In this document: positions 58,773 to 64,000 of the stretch, piece after piece
Numbering within the stretch: the first letter of the stretch is position 1
Layout of the letters: each line of letters starts with the position of its first letter
From: Clostridium sp. CAG:762
Lineage (GTDB): Bacteria; Bacillota_I; Bacilli_A; RF39; UBA660
Length of the DNA: 64,000 nucleotides
Assembly: GCA_000432575.1 (NCBI GenBank)
Contig: HF996781.1
Coordinates: 129-64,128, forward strand
Direction of reading: 5' to 3'
The notes under the pieces: model-generated
Databases searched by the model: none
Told to the model about the DNA's origin: nothing
The model's input: only the letters and a program-made list of their open reading frames with translations
Program-made: the position numbers and the translations under genes

Positions 58773-61700
58773 ATGATTCCAGAATTAGTTTTTAATAATA
58801 ATATGGAAAAATTAAATAAAGAGGATGCTGAAGCAATAAAACGTTTAAGGGAAGAATTAAAAAATTATAATATGATTGATTTTCTATCACAAATATCTGG
58901 ATTAATTTTAATTCCTGAAAATCAAAGCAAATCGGTTATTTTTCAAGCAATTATAAGTACGGCTCTATCATTAAAGCACGATGATTTTAAGAGTGAAAAT
59001 ATCATGAGTCGTAATAAGCTTGAGTACTTTATTAAAGAATTTTCAAATCTTAATAGAAAATATATGATAGATCCTCCTGAATTTCCTTTTGCATTACCTG
59101 TCATTTATTATGGCAATTATCATTTGTTTATGGGAGCTAGCACGTTAGCTCCACATTATTTAGATCATATGTTAAAAATATTAGGTGTCCATAAAGAGGA
59201 CTTTCCATATGAAGATTATAGAAAATTTAATACTGTTGTTAAGGGTTTACTAAATGTATCCGAGTTTGTTTATAATTCATTAAATATTAAACTTAAAGAT
59301 TTAAAATCTTTTAATAAAGATATTGATATCAAAATACCTTCAGCTAGCGTTCTTAAATCCAGTAAAGAAACAGTAACTTTTAGTAAAGAAGATATGGTTG
59401 AATTATTTGGAGAACAATATGAACAACTTGTTATTGAATTTGGGGAAATAAGTATTGATGAAATAGATGATTTCGATAATCAAAAGTTTTATCGTAAACC
59501 ATTTGTTAGATATGGTGAGAAATTTGTTTTGGTAGATTGCACTGTTATTATCATGCTATTAATGGATATGATAATTAAGTTTTTCATGTCATATAAAATT
59601 TATGTTCTAAAAGATTATAATCTTTTGCTTTTACAGGACTTGCATAGAGATTTTACACGCATGGGTTTCCAATTATTAGATAGCAAACAATTTGAATTGG
59701 AACTTGAAAGTAATAATATAGTTGATGAATCTATATATTTGTGTGGTAATGATATAGCTTTTTACAATATTGTTTTATTTGATGATGGAAAAGACTATGA
59801 AACTAACAAGGAATATAAATATTCAATAAATAATAATTATATAAGTAATCGAATAAAAAAGGTCAAAAAACAATTATTAAAACATGGTTTTAAAGAAGAT
59901 AAAATTGTAGTAATCATTACTCCGACAACTATTGGTAGAAATACTATATGCGCAGTATATTTGAATTCTAATAAAAATTTACTAATGCTTTCTCCATATG
60001 AATTAACGTCAATATGTATTAATGAGTCTGAAGAAAATATGTTTTTATACAAGTATATTGTTGCTAGAAATAGATTAAAACATTATAAAAAGAATTTGTT
60101 TACTGAACTAAATTTTGTTGCTCTTTTTTCTGAAAGAGATAAATCATTCTATCTAGGTGATGAATGTGATTCAAAAGAAGCATCATTGTTTTTTATTGGT
60201 GAATATAGTAGTGATTATATTTTAAAATCTTATATAAAAAATGGTTATCACTTAGCTCTTTTTAGTAGAACATCTTTATTAGAAGTGATGAAAAAGGAAG
60301 ATGGAGTTTGTTTTGCTCCTGAATTATTTTATAAGCATCAATTAAACAATTTGCTTGAATTTAATAAATTTAATATATGGGTTTTAAGCGAAGAAAATAT
60401 TGATAATAATTCTTATCATATAACAAATCTAATTATAGATATGATTTCATATTGGTTAAATCAATTTTCAACATTATTTAAAGATTTGAATGGAGTGTTT
60501 AAAATTAATATTCATTGTGATCCATCAATATATGTTACACATTATGACAAAAGTAGCGAAGTTGGTAAAATATTATTCAATATTAATAGTAGACAGTTAG
60601 ACATTACTTTTGAAAAAAACTCTTTAAGGTATTTCGAATCCACTGATAATGATAAAGAAAAAGATTTTATATCTAATATAGTAAAGAAAATATGTGAAAT
60701 CTATCAAATTGAGTATCCAAGTGAGTTGATTAATCAGATTTTTAGTAATAACTATAAAAAGAAACTAATTCTTATGAATTCTAATGATGATGGGTATATG
60801 CTTCCTTTTGATGATGAATGTGTTTTATACGTTAGTAATGCTATTTCAAATTTGATAATAGATGATGTAGGACTATATTTAAAAGATGACAGAAAAATAC
60901 CTTATGGGAAAATAGAAGATTATAAAATTTTAAATGATATCGTTGGACATCTATACAATAATATTCTGAAGAAAATTAAAAAGTATAATAAGCGTCAGTT
61001 AATAGATTTTTTATATCTAGAATTTGAAAAAAATTTATCATCATTATTAATAAGACAAGCAAATTATGCTAGCGATTTAGTATGCTATCCTGATAGAAAA
61101 AAAGAGATAGATGAAAAGATAAATGATTTGAATCGAACTTCAGTCGCATTAAAATTTATCATAGAATTAGTTTCATCAATTAAAATAGATGGAATCGATG
61201 ATATTTCGCTATATGAAATTGAATATATTTTAACAGAAGCTTCCAAAATAATTGATTATGCATATACATGTGATATTTACAACTATAAAATGGCCGATAA
61301 TACATTAACCTTATTAAATTCTAATCGATTAGGGTACAATAAAGATTTCTTGATAAGAGTAAACCATTTTTTAAAAAATGCAAAGATGGGTAGGATGGGA
61401 TCCAGAGCAAAAGATAAACGAAAAATGATATCGCAATATGAAACTGAGAAAAAAGATATTCCTGGATTTGAAGAAGCTTTTGAAGATGAATTTGGATTTA
61501 CATTTAAAGATTTTACTGAAGTAACTGTATCATTGTTGGAAATAGCTGAGGATAAAAATGGTGACTTTAACACATTGTATTCAACGACTATAAAAGAACT
61601 AAAAGATCACATAAATAATAAAGTTAGTGATGATACTTTAAATAAAATTATTTTATACTTATCTCAAGTTGAAAGAGAAGATTATTTAAATCCGCCTACA

Positions 61701-62372
61701 CCATATCGAAATGTAGATGTATTTCCATGGAGAAACAATAGGGAACTTTCATTAAATAGAAAACCACTTATTATTTATAAAGACGAAATTATTTATGGTT
61801 ATAGGTCTCTTTTAAATGCGATATACTTTTTGTTCGAAATAATTAATAATGCTACATTTAAGGCAAGAAGTAAAAAGATGAAAACTTACCTTGGTATTAT
61901 AAACAAACAAAGTGGAGAAGACTTTAACGAAAAAGTATATAATTATTTGTGTACATTTCCAAATTCCATTGTAGATAAAAAAGTTAGTAAAATTAATGGT
62001 ATAAAAATTAATGATTCAGATAAGAATACATTAGGAGATATTGATGTACTTTTTATCTCTAAAAAGTTTAAAAGAATTATTGTATGTGAAGTTAAAAATT
62101 TTGAATTATCAAGAAATATGTATGAAATGTATAATGAATACCATGATTTGTTTGATCCTGATAATGAAAAAAGCTTTTATAATAAGCATATGAAAAGAGT
62201 AGAGTGGTGCAAAGATCATATTATGGATATTATTCAACATTATGGCTTAGAAAAGAAAAAATGGAGAATTGATTATTGCTTTATTGTTAATGAACCTTTG
62301 ATAAGTGATAAAGCCATGAAAGTTAATATAAATGCTTATGTATTAGAAGATATAGATAAATTCATTAAATAA
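58773..62372 (+). CDS. very large (1199 aa) hypothetical protein with C-terminal PD-(D/E)xK (NERD/DUF4263-like) nuclease motif and no P-loop
   Basis: RBS AGGAGGAATATA. The C-terminal GDIDVLFISKKFKRIIVCEVKNFE has the D-x15-E-x-K pattern. No GxxxxGK[ST] and no helicase motifs. Lies immediately downstream of hsdR. Confidence 0.6.
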   Translation: MIPELVFNNNMEKLNKEDAEAIKRLREELKNYNMIDFLSQISGLILIPENQSKSVIFQAIISTALSLKHDDFKSENIMSRNKLEYFIKEFSNLNRKYMIDPPEFPFALPVIYYGNYHLFMGASTLAPHYLDHMLKILGVHKEDFPYEDYRKFNTVVKGLLNVSEFVYNSLNIKLKDLKSFNKDIDIKIPSASVLKSSKETVTFSKEDMVELFGEQYEQLVIEFGEISIDEIDDFDNQKFYRKPFVRYGEKFVLVDCTVIIMLLMDMIIKFFMSYKIYVLKDYNLLLLQDLHRDFTRMGFQLLDSKQFELELESNNIVDESIYLCGNDIAFYNIVLFDDGKDYETNKEYKYSINNNYISNRIKKVKKQLLKHGFKEDKIVVIITPTTIGRNTICAVYLNSNKNLLMLSPYELTSICINESEENMFLYKYIVARNRLKHYKKNLFTELNFVALFSERDKSFYLGDECDSKEASLFFIGEYSSDYILKSYIKNGYHLALFSRTSLLEVMKKEDGVCFAPELFYKHQLNNLLEFNKFNIWVLSEENIDNNSYHITNLIIDMISYWLNQFSTLFKDLNGVFKINIHCDPSIYVTHYDKSSEVGKILFNINSRQLDITFEKNSLRYFESTDNDKEKDFISNIVKKICEIYQIEYPSELINQIFSNNYKKKLILMNSNDDGYMLPFDDECVLYVSNAISNLIIDDVGLYLKDDRKIPYGKIEDYKILNDIVGHLYNNILKKIKKYNKRQLIDFLYLEFEKNLSSLLIRQANYASDLVCYPDRKKEIDEKINDLNRTSVALKFIIELVSSIKIDGIDDISLYEIEYILTEASKIIDYAYTCDIYNYKMADNTLTLLNSNRLGYNKDFLIRVNHFLKNAKMGRMGSRAKDKRKMISQYETEKKDIPGFEEAFEDEFGFTFKDFTEVTVSLLEIAEDKNGDFNTLYSTTIKELKDHINNKVSDDTLNKIILYLSQVEREDYLNPPTPYRNVDVFPWRNNRELSLNRKPLIIYKDEIIYGYRSLLNAIYFLFEIINNATFKARSKKMKTYLGIINKQSGEDFNEKVYNYLCTFPNSIVDKKVSKINGIKINDSDKNTLGDIDVLFISKKFKRIIVCEVKNFELSRNMYEMYNEYHDLFDPDNEKSFYNKHMKRVEWCKDHIMDIIQHYGLEKKKWRIDYCFIVNEPLISDKAMKVNINAYVLEDIDKFIK

Positions 62373-62375
62373 ATA

Positions 62376-62400
62376 AGAGTCGAAATTAATCGGCTCTTTC
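62376..62400. terminator. bidirectional hairpin between convergent genes
   Basis: AAGAGTCG-AAATTAAT-CGGCTCTT, with one G-T pair in the stem. Confidence 0.45.
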
Positions 62401-62679
62401 TTTATGACTTAAAAATGATATTTTTTCTGCTTTAATTATTAAACCATTTTCATCAGCATCTATTTTGCCCTTGATACCAATTAAAGAATTATCTTCACAA
62501 TTGTTTATTATTTTATGTGCAATATCTGTGCTAGTAATAATTGGAACAGTTAAATCTCCGTCTTCATCATTTATAACAATAACTAAACAAGAAACATTAT
62601 TATCAATAATTGTTGTTGATCTATATCTTCCAAGTAAAAGGCATCTATTTAGGTAATCCATCATTAATCTCCTTATCAA
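62386..62679 (-). CDS. hypothetical protein (97 aa), overlapping the upstream HTH ORF in another frame
   Basis: ORF only. May be the C-terminal part of a frameshifted gene. Confidence 0.35.
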   Translation of the reverse strand: MIRRLMMDYLNRCLLLGRYRSTTIIDNNVSCLVIVINDEDGDLTVPIITSTDIAHKIINNCEDNSLIGIKGKIDADENGLIIKAEKISFLSHKERAD

Positions 62680-62911
62680 AGTATGCTATTGATTTAAGAA
62701 ATTCTATATCTAGATCAAAGTACTTGATTACTTCCTTAGTGGGTATACAATAAGCAGGCATGAATTTATTAGGTTCTTTCTTTCTAAATTCTTTTTCAAT
62801 TGACTTTTTAATCTTGCTAGCTGTTGATGCAGAAACATTTGCAATCTTCATAATATCCTGATTAGAACACCAGGGTTTTGATATTATCTCTAATATTTCT
62901 TTAGCAATCAC
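62645..62911 (-). CDS. small HTH protein, DUF3173-like (integrase-adjacent regulator typical of Firmicute mobile elements)
   Basis: ..ILEIISKPWCSNQDIMKIANVSASTASKIKKSI.. shows an HTH. GTG start follows RBS AAAGGAGGT. Confidence 0.4.
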   Translation of the reverse strand: MIAKEILEIISKPWCSNQDIMKIANVSASTASKIKKSIEKEFRKKEPNKFMPAYCIPTKEVIKYFDLDIEFLKSIAYFDKEINDGLPK

Positions 62912-63258
62912 ACAAATACCTCCTTTCAAAAGGTATTGTATTAATCACTTATTTATTGGTATTAGTCAAGTATTTAGGACTAATTTTTATCGTATCTAAA
63001 TGTTAAATATAACAAATTACAATATAATTGTAATGATAAATTTAGGTCTCAATTGTGGTCTGATTATATGAATAATATAAGATAAAGCCTTATATTTTAT
63101 ATACTAAAAATGCTTTGTAAAAGATTTGACAAAATGATAAATTTTCCAAGAAATCCCCATCGCCCCCCCTGAAATCCCGTCTATATGGTGGGATACTTTG
63201 TTTATAAGGGCTTTATGCCATTTGATATATGTATTAGGTACCCAAATAGGTACCCATT

Positions 63259-63696
63259 TTAATTTAGTTTGTCTATAATATTAATTATTTCATTTAATTG
63301 ATTCTTAAATAGGTGAGAGTAAGTGTTTAATGTCTCATCTATTTTTGTGTGTCCTAAATACTTTGCTACAACGTTTATAGTAGCACCACTATTAATTAAA
63401 AGTGACGCACAACTATGTCTAAAATCGTATATTATAATTTGTTTAACTTCTGCCAACTTACAATCTTTGTTTTTTATATGCCTTAACTTTCCGTTTGTAA
63501 TTGGATCAGTATCTCCAAACAAATACCAGTCATCATTAAATCCATAATGTCTTTTAGAAACTTCATATAATACTTTCATCTCTTCCATTAATACTTTTGG
63601 TATAGGAATATTTCTTATACTAGATTTTGTTTTAGGTGTAGTTACCATATATGGTTTCTTTTCATCAACTTGAGTTGCTACAGTATTTGTTAACAC
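63259..63696 (-). pseudogene. N-terminally truncated tyrosine integrase (catalytic C-terminal half only)
   Basis: YDFRHSCASLLINSGATINVVAKYLGHTKIDETLNTYSHL carries box II and the Tyr region, about 70% identical to the 49948..50313 fragment. The arm and box I parts are absent. Confidence 0.65.
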
Positions 63697-63810
63697 TTAA
63701 ATATTGATTTTAAAAATCTATATCTTTCCAAAAAATGTGTCTAAAAACTTGAAATAAATCCAACTTCTTAAATAGTTAAAATTTAATTTTTGTAAAATGT
63801 AATAATTTTT

Positions 63811-63826
63811 TTACCGATTTCGGTAA
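63811..63826. promoter_or_regulatory. 16-bp palindrome TTACCGATTTCGGTAA overlapping the promoter of the downstream gene (putative operator)
   Basis: Perfect 7-bp arms. An extended -10 TGATATAAT follows 8 nt downstream. Confidence 0.4.
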
Positions 63827-63863
63827 AAGTATGATATAATTTAAATATTAGGAGGAGATAGAA

Positions 63864-63998
63864 ATGAAAAAACAAAATATTTTTATAATAGGTTTGATAT
63901 TATTAGCAGTTATCTCATTTGTAATATTCATACTAGTATCAGGTAGTGGCAATAAAGGTGGTTTTAATACACCAAAAGATATTAATGACATTATTAAT
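63864..63998 (+). CDS. hypothetical secreted/membrane protein, 3'-truncated by window edge
   Basis: RBS AGGAGGAG. Signal/anchor sequence MKKQNIFIIGLILLAVISFVIFILV. Confidence 0.5.
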   Translation, partial: MKKQNIFIIGLILLAVISFVIFILVSGSGNKGGFNTPKDINDIIN

Positions 63999-64000
63999 AC

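Overview
This window is very AT-rich chromosomal DNA from a low-GC Firmicute that uses the standard genetic code. TGG encodes Trp and long ORFs contain no in-frame TGA. It is probably a spore-forming Clostridia-like organism, because a yqfC-yqfD sporulation pair and two YjcZ-family micro-ORFs are present.

The left ~47 kb is core chromosome. It carries serS, a Sua5/TsaC gene and a SAM-I riboswitch-controlled metK. It also carries rmuC, a PrsA-like foldase, hemW, mscS, an HD hydrolase, a DgkA-like kinase, an LCP protein and an AddA-like helicase-nuclease. Accessory and surface genes are interspersed among these. One is a 3-gene glycosylation cassette flanked by ~95-bp direct repeats. There are three paralogous ABC ATPase::FtsX-permease fusion proteins, two of them bracketed by XRE regulators. 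There is a tandem pair of pilin-like 2-TM mini-proteins. A dockerin-bearing SH3b-glucosaminidase sits next to a possible cohesin-like anchored protein. A membrane-anchored serpin-like protein sits next to a C39-like peptidase. There is an orphan VirD4/TraG-type coupling ATPase, and four scattered type IV (pseudo)pilin genes.

The right ~16 kb (about 47.9-63.8 kb) looks like a composite, decayed integrative element and defense island. It begins with a hairpin/terminator-bearing non-coding stretch followed by an array of 21-22-bp CGTCC...TATGGA repeats. Then comes an AlbA_2/HATPase_c_4 protein and a frameshifted tyrosine integrase. Next are an AbiTii-like gene plus a 54-aa TM peptide, feeding a tightly coupled hsdM-hsdS-orfX-hsdR type I RM operon. 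hsdS carries a 3x ELEA repeat and an unknown 150-aa gene is wedged between S and R. After that comes a 1199-aa orphan protein with no P-loop and a C-terminal PD-(D/E)xK (NERD/Shedu-like) nuclease motif. A DUF3173-like HTH region and a second, N-terminally truncated integrase close the island. The 1199-aa protein and orfX are the best candidates for an undescribed defense function.
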